In this document: one piece after another, positions 37,438 through 46,664 of the stretch
How positions within the stretch are numbered: position 1 is the stretch's first letter
Layout of the letters: each line of letters opens with the position of its first letter
From: an uncultured SAR86 cluster bacterium
Lineage (GTDB): Bacteria; Pseudomonadota; Gammaproteobacteria; Magnimaribacterales; D2472
Direction: 5' to 3'
DNA length: 64,000 bases
Assembly (NCBI GenBank): GCA_902599315.1
Contig: CACKEY010000002.1
Location: 70,299 to 134,298 of the forward strand
Translations under genes and position numbers: made by a program
The notes under the pieces: model-generated
The model's database searches: none
What the model was told of the DNA's origin: nothing
The model's input: the letters and a program-made list of their open reading frames with translations, nothing else

Positions 37438-37920
37438 TTAGTTTCTATTGTTTTTTCGCCAGGTTTCAGGCTCTAAAAATTCTCCTGCCCACATTCCAGC
37501 CTTAACTTTTTTTGCATGATTTTGTTGCTTCTCATATCTATCTGAATATCTTAAGTACGCAACTGCCATGCCAGATTTTACCATCTCAGCCTGAAGATCC
37601 ATTTCGCCTACATAACATATACCCAGAGTCCTGCCATACCTATCTTGTCCCTCATCTGTGCATCGAACTGTCTGATTATTGATAAGCTGCTTAAGTTTTT
37701 CTGTGGCCGCCTTGCCACATTCCCACTCCTTACCTTCAGCATCTAAACAGGTTTGAGTTTTACCAAAAAAATAACTCTCCGGAGCGTCACTTCCAGTAAA
37801 TCTTATTCTTATATCGTTAATAACAATGGTATCTCCATCAGTGATTTTAGGTTTACCAATGATGTCAGCAGAACAGTTAATTCCAAGAATACAAATGCTT
37901 AGTAATAAATAGTTTTTCAT
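37438..37920 (-). CDS. secreted thermonuclease (SNase-like)
   Basis: Signal peptide, then DGDTIVINDIRIRFTGSDAPE and DRYGRTLGICYV staphylococcal-nuclease motifs. Confidence 0.85.
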   Translation of the reverse strand: MKNYLLLSICILGINCSADIIGKPKITDGDTIVINDIRIRFTGSDAPESYFFGKTQTCLDAEGKEWECGKAATEKLKQLINNQTVRCTDEGQDRYGRTLGICYVGEMDLQAEMVKSGMAVAYLRYSDRYEKQQNHAKKVKAGMWAGEFLEPETWRKNNRN

Positions 37921-37993
37921 TTCAAAAGTTTATCAAATATAAATTAAAAAATTAGATATTCTGCATGAAAGCTTTCAAGTTATAATTCAAGTG

Positions 37994-38233
37994 ATGAAAA
38001 GATGGGACTATAAATTTATTAAAGTAACTCTGCCAATTGCATCAGGGCTCTCGATTCAATCAGATGGCACAACACAATCAGAGCAAATGATCAAAGAATT
38101 TGGAGAGGATGGATGGGAGCTAGTCAGTGTAACTATCTTATCTGAACTGCATTACGAATTAGAAAGATTTGAGGAAAGTGGTAAATCAAGAACTTATGAA
38201 GCAGAAATGATTTTTAAGAGACCTTTGGGCTAG
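37994..38233 (+). CDS. DUF4177-like small protein
   Basis: WDYKFIKV ... FGEDGWELVSV pattern. The track start at 37991 is a GTG and the ATG follows directly. Confidence 0.5.
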   Translation: MKRWDYKFIKVTLPIASGLSIQSDGTTQSEQMIKEFGEDGWELVSVTILSELHYELERFEESGKSRTYEAEMIFKRPLG

Positions 38234-38334
38234 GTTTAAGCATATGAGTCTTACAACATATGTTATCGGGAATATCGCTTTAATTGTGATGCTCTATTTA
38301 GTTGTGAAAAATAAAGAGAAATAGTTCTCACAAA

Positions 38335-38664
38335 TCAGTCAATCTTCTTATCATCTATTTCAATACAATCTTCATAAAGAATTCTATTTGAGTCTTTAAG
38401 CTCGAGTGTATTATTGATCTTATTGAAAGTTACTAATGTCTCATCAATGGTACTTTCATTGAGCTTGCCAAAAATAGTAATTTGATTCATAAAGAAATCT
38501 TTTTTATTACTTAATTCAACTCCTTGAATCTCGAAGAATCTCTCGTAATTATTAAATTTTACGGTTACTCCATTGCAATTAAATTTTTTATCTAAGTTGT
38601 CAGAATTACACCCATAAATAAAAGCGAATATAATAAAAGAATGAATGTATTTAATAATTTTCAA
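38335..38664 (-). CDS. lipoprotein, function unknown
   Basis: Lipobox FIYGC after a hydrophobic N-terminus. No recognisable domain. Confidence 0.4.
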   Translation of the reverse strand: MKIIKYIHSFIIFAFIYGCNSDNLDKKFNCNGVTVKFNNYERFFEIQGVELSNKKDFFMNQITIFGKLNESTIDETLVTFNKINNTLELKDSNRILYEDCIEIDDKKID

Positions 38665-38696
38665 ACAGTTATTTTAAAGGATTTTGGAAATCAAAC

Positions 38697-39605
38697 ATGA
38701 AATCTTTTAGAAAAAAAGTAGCTGTTATAACTGGAGCTGGCTCCGGGATAGGTAGATATTTAGCAGTATTACTTGCAAGAGATGGATCTGATGTATGTGT
38801 CTGCGATGTTAATGAAAAAACGTTAGACGAAACTGTTACTATGTTGAGGAAATATAATGTGTCGGTATCTTCACATATTTTAGATGTCTCCAATAAACAA
38901 TCAATTGAGGGGCTTCCCAAGAAAGTCATAAAAGATCATGGAAAGGTAGACTTAGTTTTTAATAATGCAGGCGTAGGCTGTGGTTCATATTTTAAAGACA
39001 TGGATGAAGATCATTGGGACCGGGTAATGAGCATCAATTTTGAGGGTGTGATTAATAGTACTAGAGCTTTTTTACCTCACATGATTAACAACTCTAAAGC
39101 TGCCATTGTAAACACATCATCAATATTTGGCATCGTTGCTGTGCCTGGACAAACTGTCTACCATGCGTCTAAGTTTGCTGTTAGGGGATTTACAGAAAGT
39201 CTTGCATTGGAGATGAAACAAACAAACCCAAACTTGCAAATACACTGTGTCCATCCAGGGCATATTGGAACAAATATTGCTTCTGCTACTAAGATGACTG
39301 AAGAAGACTTTAAAAAATCTCAAGAAATTAATGCTCAATCATCTATGCTGAGCAAACATCCTCCTAAGTCAAAAAAAGAGATGGGCGTGCTTTTTAAAAA
39401 TAATGGCATGCATCCTAGCAAAGCAGCAAAAATAATCCTAAATGGTGTAAAGAAAAACAAAACAAAAATCTTTGTTGGATTGGATGCAAAGCTATTAGAT
39501 CTTTCTCAGAGATTATTTCCTATGAATTATCATAAGACATGGATATTTTTTATCCCCTTACTAATGCTCTTTAGGGATAAAAAACCATTAAAATCGATTG
39601 ACTAA
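38697..39605 (+). CDS. short-chain dehydrogenase/reductase with hydrophobic C-terminal tail
   Basis: VAVITGAGSGIGRY, NNAG and YHASKFAV motifs. Confidence 0.85.
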   Translation: MKSFRKKVAVITGAGSGIGRYLAVLLARDGSDVCVCDVNEKTLDETVTMLRKYNVSVSSHILDVSNKQSIEGLPKKVIKDHGKVDLVFNNAGVGCGSYFKDMDEDHWDRVMSINFEGVINSTRAFLPHMINNSKAAIVNTSSIFGIVAVPGQTVYHASKFAVRGFTESLALEMKQTNPNLQIHCVHPGHIGTNIASATKMTEEDFKKSQEINAQSSMLSKHPPKSKKEMGVLFKNNGMHPSKAAKIILNGVKKNKTKIFVGLDAKLLDLSQRLFPMNYHKTWIFFIPLLMLFRDKKPLKSID

Positions 39606-39619
39606 CTTTAAAGATTTTA

Positions 39620-41164
39620 ATGCGTCTTAGTTCTATACAAAATATCCTCTTCACTATCTTAATTTTGAGTATTGTTTCAATTAATCAAGCTCATACAAAA
39701 GAATTAAAAGTTGGATTTGCAAAAATCTCAATCACACCGAGTCTGATTGATGAGTGGGAAGATATAAATAACGATGCTCAATTTGATTCAGATATTGATT
39801 TATGGACTGATGTCAATGGCAATGGCCAATTTGATGCTGTGTGGATGGCAGGCTTTCAAAATAAACGCCCTGCTCAAGGAATTAAAGACGATCTGATGGC
39901 AGTGGCCATAGTCATTGATGATGGCAAAACTCGAATTGGAATCATAAGTGCTGACACCATTGGATTGATGCGAAAATTTGTACTTAGCGTGCGTGAAGAT
40001 GTCCCTTCTGAATGGGGTCTAGATTATCTCATGGTGCATGCAACACATAATCACGAAGGTCCAGATACTCAAGGTCTTTGGGGGCCAGGTTTTTTTAGAA
40101 GTGGTGTTGATGACGAATATATGAAACAACTCAAACAAAATTTTTTAATTGCTTTAGATTTAGCTATAGACAATTTAGAGCCTGCACAAATGAGCCTAGC
40201 ATTAATTCCAACTAATCCTCTTACCCCTATCAAAGATAAACGCAAACCAATTGTGATAGATAATGACATTCGAGCAGTATTATTTAACCGTCCCGATGGC
40301 TCAATCATAGGTTCAATGATAAATTTTGGAATTCACGTTGAACTTACTTGGGATAAGAATCTAGAATTAACCTCTGATGTTGCAGGCTATTTAAGACGAG
40401 GTATCAGCGAGGGTATTTACTATGATAATGAACTTGTTAAACCTGGGCTTGGAGGAATCACACTTTGGCTTACAGGGAATATTGGTGGCTTAATGACATC
40501 AGGCCCAACGGATCCAATCTATGATCCTTTTTTAAAAGAAACAATTACCCAACCAAGTCATGAAAAAGCCCGTGCATATGGCTATAGCCTAGCCAACAGT
40601 GTTATAGATGCTTTTCATGCAGGCAAATTTCATCCATCTCCTGAGCCAAAATTAAATGTAAGTGCACTGGAATTAGAATTTGGCATAGAAAATTTTATGC
40701 TGTCATTAGGTACTTTACTTGGCATTATCGACAGTGATCCGAAATTGAGTTTAAAACCACCATTTGTTAGATATCTAAGTGAAGTAGGATTTATAGAATT
40801 AGGGGATTTAACCATAACTGGCATACCTGGAGAGCTTTATCCAGAGATCGCTGTTGGTGGTATAGAAAATCCTCAAGGCGCTGATTACTCGATAACTCCT
40901 CAAGAGATACCACATTTGCGGAGTCAACTACCAGGTAAACTTAATCTAATGGTGAATTTAGCAAATGATGCTATCGGTTATATCATCCCAAAAAGTGAAT
41001 GGGATGAAGAAGCTCCATGGATATATGGCGAGAATGAGGAAACTTATGGTGAAGTAGTTTCATTGGGACCTGATACTGCAATCATTATTCATCAAAATAT
41101 AATCAAACTTATAGAAGATTCAAATCATGAATTAAAAAAAATTAATAATAATGAACAGAACTAG
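39620..41164 (+). CDS. exported neutral/alkaline-ceramidase-like hydrolase
   Basis: Signal peptide, then LKVGFAKISITP, DDLMAVAIVIDDGKTRIGIISADTIG and VHATHNHEGPD, which resemble the ceramidase N-terminal domain family. Confidence 0.45.
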   Translation: MRLSSIQNILFTILILSIVSINQAHTKELKVGFAKISITPSLIDEWEDINNDAQFDSDIDLWTDVNGNGQFDAVWMAGFQNKRPAQGIKDDLMAVAIVIDDGKTRIGIISADTIGLMRKFVLSVREDVPSEWGLDYLMVHATHNHEGPDTQGLWGPGFFRSGVDDEYMKQLKQNFLIALDLAIDNLEPAQMSLALIPTNPLTPIKDKRKPIVIDNDIRAVLFNRPDGSIIGSMINFGIHVELTWDKNLELTSDVAGYLRRGISEGIYYDNELVKPGLGGITLWLTGNIGGLMTSGPTDPIYDPFLKETITQPSHEKARAYGYSLANSVIDAFHAGKFHPSPEPKLNVSALELEFGIENFMLSLGTLLGIIDSDPKLSLKPPFVRYLSEVGFIELGDLTITGIPGELYPEIAVGGIENPQGADYSITPQEIPHLRSQLPGKLNLMVNLANDAIGYIIPKSEWDEEAPWIYGENEETYGEVVSLGPDTAIIIHQNIIKLIEDSNHELKKINNNEQN

Positions 41165-42524
41165 TGTCTAGTGAATCTCGATATTTTTTTATTAAATTCC
41201 AATCACCGTCTATGACAATAGTTTTTCCCTCATCTTGAATATTGAGATACATCTTTGTTCCATCCGGAGAAAAGCATATACCTGCTATTTCAGAACTTTT
41301 ATTACCAGATACTCTTCCAAGACTATACATATGGCCATTGGGTGTGCATCCTAATAACTTGCAAGCATTACTATCATTGTCTTCGCAAATAATTAAATCT
41401 CCCCATGGTGTAGTATTTATATTGTCCCCTTTCCAAAAATCATTTTTACTTCTAGATTCATAAAAAAGCGTAATTTTTGAATGTTTAGGTTCAAATGCCC
41501 ACATTTGACCATAGCCTTTTAAACCAGCTGATTTACATGTAAAAAAGATCACACTTTCATTATCTCTGTTATTTGTGAAAATAATGCCCTCTCCGCCACT
41601 GAAAATTGAAGCACCTAGCATTTTGCCCTGATCTCTAGTTTTATGATGTTTAGCCTCAGGATCGTCAATAGGAACCCAGTTAACATTAAAAGAATCCCCA
41701 ACAGAAATCTCTCCACGGCGATTAGAAGTATTTGCAACAGATGGAATGACTAAAGCATGTAATTGCCCAGGCCCATCGAGTATTCCTGGAGATTGAGGAG
41801 TAAATCTATAAAACAATCCTTTGTAATCATCTTCTGTTTGATAGACGCATCCTTGAGAGTCATTTAAATCAACAGCAATAGCCTCTCGTCTAAATCTTCC
41901 CATGTTAGTCAGTCTTTTATAACCCATTAGTGAACTAGACTCTGGATCGACCTCAAATGCATAGCCATGATTTAATTCATCTGTTTCTTCACATGATATC
42001 CATGTATTCCATGGAGTTTTACCGCCTGCACAATTATCAACTGTTCCAGATAAACTTCTTTGTGATTTTCTTAAATTTAGACCATTTGGCTCTAATATTA
42101 GTGTGCTTGTTCCCCCAGAACGAGGAATCCCTCTTGACGTTTGGTAAGCAGTTGATGGATTTAAATGATAATCTTTTCCATCAATCTCATGATTAATTAC
42201 CAATGCAATATCTCCATTGCTTAATTGGAATGAAGCCATTCCATCTGGCCGTCTTCCATAAGGAATACCATCACTCATTAATTCATTTGAGGTTTTTAAA
42301 ACTTTATAAGTAAAACCATAAGGTAGATCAAATAGTTCATTTGGATCTCTTATTAATGCCCCACTCCAAAAATCTGAATTTGCGACTGTGGAGTGAGTAG
42401 ATGAAGATTCTAAAATTGGCTTAGCTGAAATGCCGCCACATGCATAGAGAGTCAATAATGCTGATGATTGCCCAGTAAACTTTATAAAACTTCTTCTACT
42501 TTTATCCATAGAGAGACTATACAA
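41142..42524 (-). CDS. PhoX-like / DUF839 exported phosphatase-family protein
   Basis: Tat-like SRRSFIKF signal and the diagnostic NCAGGKTPWNTWISCEE motif. Confidence 0.75.
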   Translation of the reverse strand: MYSLSMDKSRRSFIKFTGQSSALLTLYACGGISAKPILESSSTHSTVANSDFWSGALIRDPNELFDLPYGFTYKVLKTSNELMSDGIPYGRRPDGMASFQLSNGDIALVINHEIDGKDYHLNPSTAYQTSRGIPRSGGTSTLILEPNGLNLRKSQRSLSGTVDNCAGGKTPWNTWISCEETDELNHGYAFEVDPESSSLMGYKRLTNMGRFRREAIAVDLNDSQGCVYQTEDDYKGLFYRFTPQSPGILDGPGQLHALVIPSVANTSNRRGEISVGDSFNVNWVPIDDPEAKHHKTRDQGKMLGASIFSGGEGIIFTNNRDNESVIFFTCKSAGLKGYGQMWAFEPKHSKITLFYESRSKNDFWKGDNINTTPWGDLIICEDNDSNACKLLGCTPNGHMYSLGRVSGNKSSEIAGICFSPDGTKMYLNIQDEGKTIVIDGDWNLIKKYRDSLDTSSVHYY

Positions 42525-42610
42525 GTATTAAAGATTTTTTAAGTTACAAATATGAAAATTTTGTAGGTTTTTTATGAATCATTATATTATTAAAATTATC
42601 AGGAGAAAAA

Positions 42611-43123
42611 ATGAATATACAAAATTTTATCAATGGATGTTTAGCCATCTGTATTACATTGCTTATTTTTAATACTTTTGAAAATAAGGATAAAATCACT
42701 GAGCTTGAAAATGCGCTAGATAACCTCAACAAACTGCAAATAAAGTCAGCATATATGAAATATATTGATGATTTTATCGCTAACGATTTTGAAGGTATTG
42801 CCAGTCATTTTGAGCCTCCAGTTAACTTCGATTCATTCGGGCCAATTGCAGAAACTAATGAGGAGGTAATTAATCAATACAAAGATTTAAAAGCCAACAT
42901 ACAAGAGGGATATGCTTATAGCATTATTGATGATATTGGAGTACAAAAAATAAAGAAAAATAAATACTTAGTTTGTGCTGATTACAGTAGATATAACAAT
43001 AATGATGAGAGACTGTATCAAGGCAGAACACACTATATGTATATCGCTACCTCCAATGGTTGGAAAATGAATTCATTGGAGAGCAAAGAAAGACTGCGAG
43101 AGAAATCATGCCAAAACTTATAG
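42611..43123 (+). CDS. membrane-anchored NTF2-like protein, function unknown
   Basis: N-terminal TM helix and a C-terminal domain of about 120 aa with an NTF2/DUF4440-like pattern (YLVCADYSRY..GRTHYMYIATSNGWKM). Confidence 0.4.
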   Translation: MNIQNFINGCLAICITLLIFNTFENKDKITELENALDNLNKLQIKSAYMKYIDDFIANDFEGIASHFEPPVNFDSFGPIAETNEEVINQYKDLKANIQEGYAYSIIDDIGVQKIKKNKYLVCADYSRYNNNDERLYQGRTHYMYIATSNGWKMNSLESKERLREKSCQNL

Positions 43124-43458
43124 CACTAATCAGCAAAAAACCTTCCATCTCTGAGCAGGACTTTAAAATTTATTACGAGACCAATCATGCACCATTAATA
43201 AAAAGCCTTTTTCCCTCATTAAGTGGCTATACGAGAACTTATCTTTTTGAATCTAATTTGCTTGGTGATACTTTGCCCTTAGAATCAGATGGAGCACAAA
43301 GTCAGTTTAACGTTATAACTGAACTTACCTTTCAGAATGAGGAAGATTTAAACCTATTCTTTGAAAGAGGAACACATGCAGATGTTATAGAGGCTATAAG
43401 GAAGGATGAAGCAAACTTCCTGGATGGTAAGAAAACTATTATGTATCGGGTTGATTGA
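43108..43458 (+). CDS. EthD-domain protein
   Basis: MPKLIALISKKPSISEQDFKIYYETNHAPL matches the EthD N-terminal pattern. The track ORF start at 43060 is an extension. True start overlaps the upstream gene by 16 nt. Confidence 0.6.
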   Translation: MPKLIALISKKPSISEQDFKIYYETNHAPLIKSLFPSLSGYTRTYLFESNLLGDTLPLESDGAQSQFNVITELTFQNEEDLNLFFERGTHADVIEAIRKDEANFLDGKKTIMYRVD

Positions 43459-43478
43459 GCAACAAGGTTAAAACTGTG

Positions 43479-44207
43479 TTATTTTTTTTTCTCCCAGTCA
43501 AACTTTGGCAGAGATCCAAATAAGTCCAATAACCCATCAGACCATTTTTTTGAAAGATCAGCAAAAAATGGAGTTTTAAATTGAAGCTGATCCTCTTGTG
43601 AAATCTCAAAAGAGTCAGCTTTATAAGTTATTAAGTCTATGGGTGGACCAACAGTTAAATCGCTTTTCATGGTTGAATCAAAAGAAACTAATGCGCAACG
43701 CGCTGCATCTCCGATGGACAACTCATTTCGTATTAGCCGATCCAAAATCGGCTTACCGTACTTGGTTTCCCCTAATTGAAGAAACGGTTTGATTTCAGAG
43801 GTCCTTATATAATTTCCAACAGGATAAATCATCATCATCTCAGTTTCCTGACCTTTGATTTGGCCTCCTAAAATAAAGTTTGATCCAAGATTTGTATTGA
43901 CTGAAACACCATCAGTATTAGATCTTTGCCAAGAGAGCATACCTATGTAATGGGCAATTTCATCAAAATTTTTACAGGTATTTAAACTAGTGGTGGGATT
44001 CGTAGCTTCTAGATCTTCTCTGATAGTTTTATAAACAAATTGAGATGTAGAAAGATTACCAGACGTAAGTAAGACAATGCACCTATCTCCGACAGAATAA
44101 GACAACATTTTTTTATGAGTTGAATAATTATCCAATCCAGCATTAGTTCTAGAGTCAGAAGCCAATACCAAACCTTCGTTTGTTTTTATTCCTATGCAGT
44201 AAGTCAT
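43479..44207 (-). CDS. Anbu-type proteasome-like (Ntn) protease
   Basis: MTYCIGIKTNEGLVLASDSRTNAG: Thr directly after Met, Asp 17 residues later, and a Lys pair near position 32. Length is about 240 aa. It neighbours cp-ATP-grasp and alpha-E genes. Confidence 0.8.
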   Translation of the reverse strand: MTYCIGIKTNEGLVLASDSRTNAGLDNYSTHKKMLSYSVGDRCIVLLTSGNLSTSQFVYKTIREDLEATNPTTSLNTCKNFDEIAHYIGMLSWQRSNTDGVSVNTNLGSNFILGGQIKGQETEMMMIYPVGNYIRTSEIKPFLQLGETKYGKPILDRLIRNELSIGDAARCALVSFDSTMKSDLTVGPPIDLITYKADSFEISQEDQLQFKTPFFADLSKKWSDGLLDLFGSLPKFDWEKKK

Positions 44208-44271
44208 TAGTTATATGTATTTTAAATTAACATACTTTATTGGCATAATTATTGCACCATTAGAGTTAAAA

Positions 44272-45705
44272 ATGAATAAAACTTTTTCTTATCAATCAAG
44301 CATTTTTTTTGATGAGTATATTGATAGCAAATCTTCTCCACGCAAAGGATATAAGCGTTCAATAGATTTTTTTCACTCACTCTCTCCATCTGAAAGAGTT
44401 CATTATACAAATCTTTGTGAATCTTCTATTTCTTCTATGGGTGTTACCTTCCAATTAGACGCAAATGAACTGCAAGATAGATCATGGCCATTAGATTTAA
44501 TCCCAAGAATTATTGCATCAAATCAATGGAGGTTAATTCAAAAAGGTTTAATTCAGAGAGTCAAAGCCTTAAATTATTTCATCAATGATGTTTATAACAA
44601 ACAGGTTTTTCTTGAAAAGAATCCTGTTTTAAAAGAGCTAATTTTAGAATCATCAAACTTTCTACCTGAATGCATGGGCATAACGCCAAAAAATAAGGTT
44701 TGGTCTAATATATGTGGAACAGATCTTATAAGAGATGATAAGGGAAAATTTTTCGTCCTAGAAGATAACCTAAGAGTACCTTCAGGTGTTGCATATATGC
44801 TCGAAAATAGAAATATCATGAAAAGAGTTATTCCTGATTTATTTAATAGTTATGCTGTAAATCCAATTGACGATTATCCCTCTCAACTTTTTAAATGCCT
44901 TGGTGAAGCATCCTTCAACACAAATGCAAATAAAAAAATTGTTGTCTTAACTCCAGGAGTGTTTAATTCTGCATATTTTGAACATTCATATCTTGCTCAA
45001 CAAATGGGAGTTGAGCTAGTAGAGGCTTCTGATTTATACGTATCTAGGAGTAATAATGTTTTGATGAAAACAATAAATGGTCCCAAAAAAATTGATGTAA
45101 TTTATAGAAGAATCGATGATGTTTTTATTGATCCTAAAGTATGGAGAAAAGATTCCTCACTAGGAATTCCAGGAATTTATAATGCATGGAAGAATAAAAA
45201 AATAGCAATAGTAAATGCTCCAGGATCAGGTGTTGCAGATGATAAGGCTGTCTATGCTTTTGTTCCCAAAATGATCAAATTTTTTTTAAAAGAAGAGCCG
45301 ATTATTTCTCAAGTCAAAACCTATGTGTGTGCATTTAAAAAAGACCTAAATTATGTGACCAACAACATCGAAAAATTAGTCCTCAAGCCTGTCAATGAAT
45401 CGGGAGGATATGGAATACTCATTGGGCCTCAATCATCAAAATCAGAATTAAAAAAGTATAAATCTAAGATATTGAATAATCCTAGAAACTTTGTTGCTCA
45501 ACCATTAATAAAGCTTTCAACCTCACCAACGTTGATAAATAAAAAGATAATGCCACGTCATTTAGATCTAAGACCATTTATCTTATCTGGTAAAAATTCA
45601 TTTGTAACACAAGGTGGGCTGACCAGGGTTGCTATGAAAAAGAATTCTACAATAGTTAATTCTTCCCAAGGCGGCGGAAGTAAAGATACTTGGATTGCAG
45701 ATTGA
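44272..45705 (+). CDS. circularly permuted type-2 ATP-grasp protein
   Basis: C-terminal GGLTRVAMKKNSTIVNSSQGGGSKDTW signature and colinear DUF404/DUF407-type layout. The ATG at 44272 is preferred over the track start at 44215. Confidence 0.85.
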   Translation: MNKTFSYQSSIFFDEYIDSKSSPRKGYKRSIDFFHSLSPSERVHYTNLCESSISSMGVTFQLDANELQDRSWPLDLIPRIIASNQWRLIQKGLIQRVKALNYFINDVYNKQVFLEKNPVLKELILESSNFLPECMGITPKNKVWSNICGTDLIRDDKGKFFVLEDNLRVPSGVAYMLENRNIMKRVIPDLFNSYAVNPIDDYPSQLFKCLGEASFNTNANKKIVVLTPGVFNSAYFEHSYLAQQMGVELVEASDLYVSRSNNVLMKTINGPKKIDVIYRRIDDVFIDPKVWRKDSSLGIPGIYNAWKNKKIAIVNAPGSGVADDKAVYAFVPKMIKFFLKEEPIISQVKTYVCAFKKDLNYVTNNIEKLVLKPVNESGGYGILIGPQSSKSELKKYKSKILNNPRNFVAQPLIKLSTSPTLINKKIMPRHLDLRPFILSGKNSFVTQGGLTRVAMKKNSTIVNSSQGGGSKDTWIAD

Positions 45706-46646
45706 TGCTTTCAAGCAACGCTGAAAAAATATATTGGCTCTCAAGGTATATCGAAAGAGCAGAAAATACGGCTAGATTAGTAAACGTTAACTTCGATCTA
45801 TTATTAGATATTCCTCATGATAGTGTCTCAGACTTCATTCATCTTGTTGAAATTACTAGTGACTTAGAGCAGTTCAATTCAATCTTGCTTGATGAAAAAA
45901 TGTTTTACAGTTCAAGTGTTTCGGCAATGAAGAATGTTGTTTTAAACTTTGTAATTTACAATTCAGATAATCTTGGATCAATTACTTACTCACTAGAGAT
46001 GGCAAAATATAATTCAAGGTATCTCAGAACCATGCTTCCTAAAACTGCCTGGGAACAATTTAATAAATTACACTCAGAATTTTCTTTGTCTAATGAAGAA
46101 AATCATAACACTGAGGTTCTGCATCAAATTATCAGGAATTCAAAGACTTTTTTTGCAACAATATCTGATGCAATGCATCGAGATCATGTTTTTGACTTTA
46201 TTAAATTGGGAAGATTTATTGAGCGAGCAGACATGTTGTCAAGAATTATTGAGGATCAAATTCTAAGAAAAGATACAAAAATCCCAAAATATTATGAAAA
46301 TCTTCAATGGATGAGCATTCTTAAATCAGTGAATGGGTTTGAGTCATTTAAAAAAATTAATAAAGGAGAATTGAGACGCAGTAATGTTTTAGACTTCATG
46401 GTGAAATTAAAAGAATTTCCAAGGTCTATCATTTTTTGTATAAATAGACTTATAGCTGTAACTAAATATCTCCCAAATTCTGAAAACCTTAAACTAAAGC
46501 TAATTCAAATTAAAAAACAAGCTGCCAAACTTAACGAAAAGTCTACCGATAAACAAATCTTGGCAATATTAGACTTATTGCAGTTAGGCCTAATTGATTT
46601 ACATTTAGAAATTGAGAAGAAATTCTTTAATAGAAGCCCTATTTAA
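45705..46646 (+). CDS. alpha-E (DUF403) domain protein
   Basis: AEKIYWLSRYIERAENTARL opening motif and a second FIKLGRFIERADMLSRII repeat. The start overlaps the ATP-grasp stop (TGATG). Confidence 0.85.
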   Translation: MLSSNAEKIYWLSRYIERAENTARLVNVNFDLLLDIPHDSVSDFIHLVEITSDLEQFNSILLDEKMFYSSSVSAMKNVVLNFVIYNSDNLGSITYSLEMAKYNSRYLRTMLPKTAWEQFNKLHSEFSLSNEENHNTEVLHQIIRNSKTFFATISDAMHRDHVFDFIKLGRFIERADMLSRIIEDQILRKDTKIPKYYENLQWMSILKSVNGFESFKKINKGELRRSNVLDFMVKLKEFPRSIIFCINRLIAVTKYLPNSENLKLKLIQIKKQAAKLNEKSTDKQILAILDLLQLGLIDLHLEIEKKFFNRSPI

Positions 46647-46664
46647 AGGGCTTCAAAAAATTTT

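Noticed and set aside
38244-38324. 26-codon ORF MSLTTYVIGNIALIVMLYLVVKNKEK between the DUF4177 gene and the convergent lipoprotein gene
   Set aside because: No recognisable RBS and very short. It fills a convergent intergenic spacer where a terminator would be expected. Too weak to call without conservation data.
42525-42610. Possible Pho box upstream of the PhoX-like gene (TTTTCATATTTGTAAC on the - strand)
   Set aside because: Only about 5/7 matches per half-site, and the half-site spacing does not fit the 7+4+7 Pho-box geometry.
44215-44271. Upstream extension of the ATP-grasp ORF (MYFKLTYFIGIIIAPLELK)
   Set aside because: It would leave only 7 bp to the divergent Anbu start. The ATG at 44272 has a GAG-containing RBS region and matches where family similarity starts.
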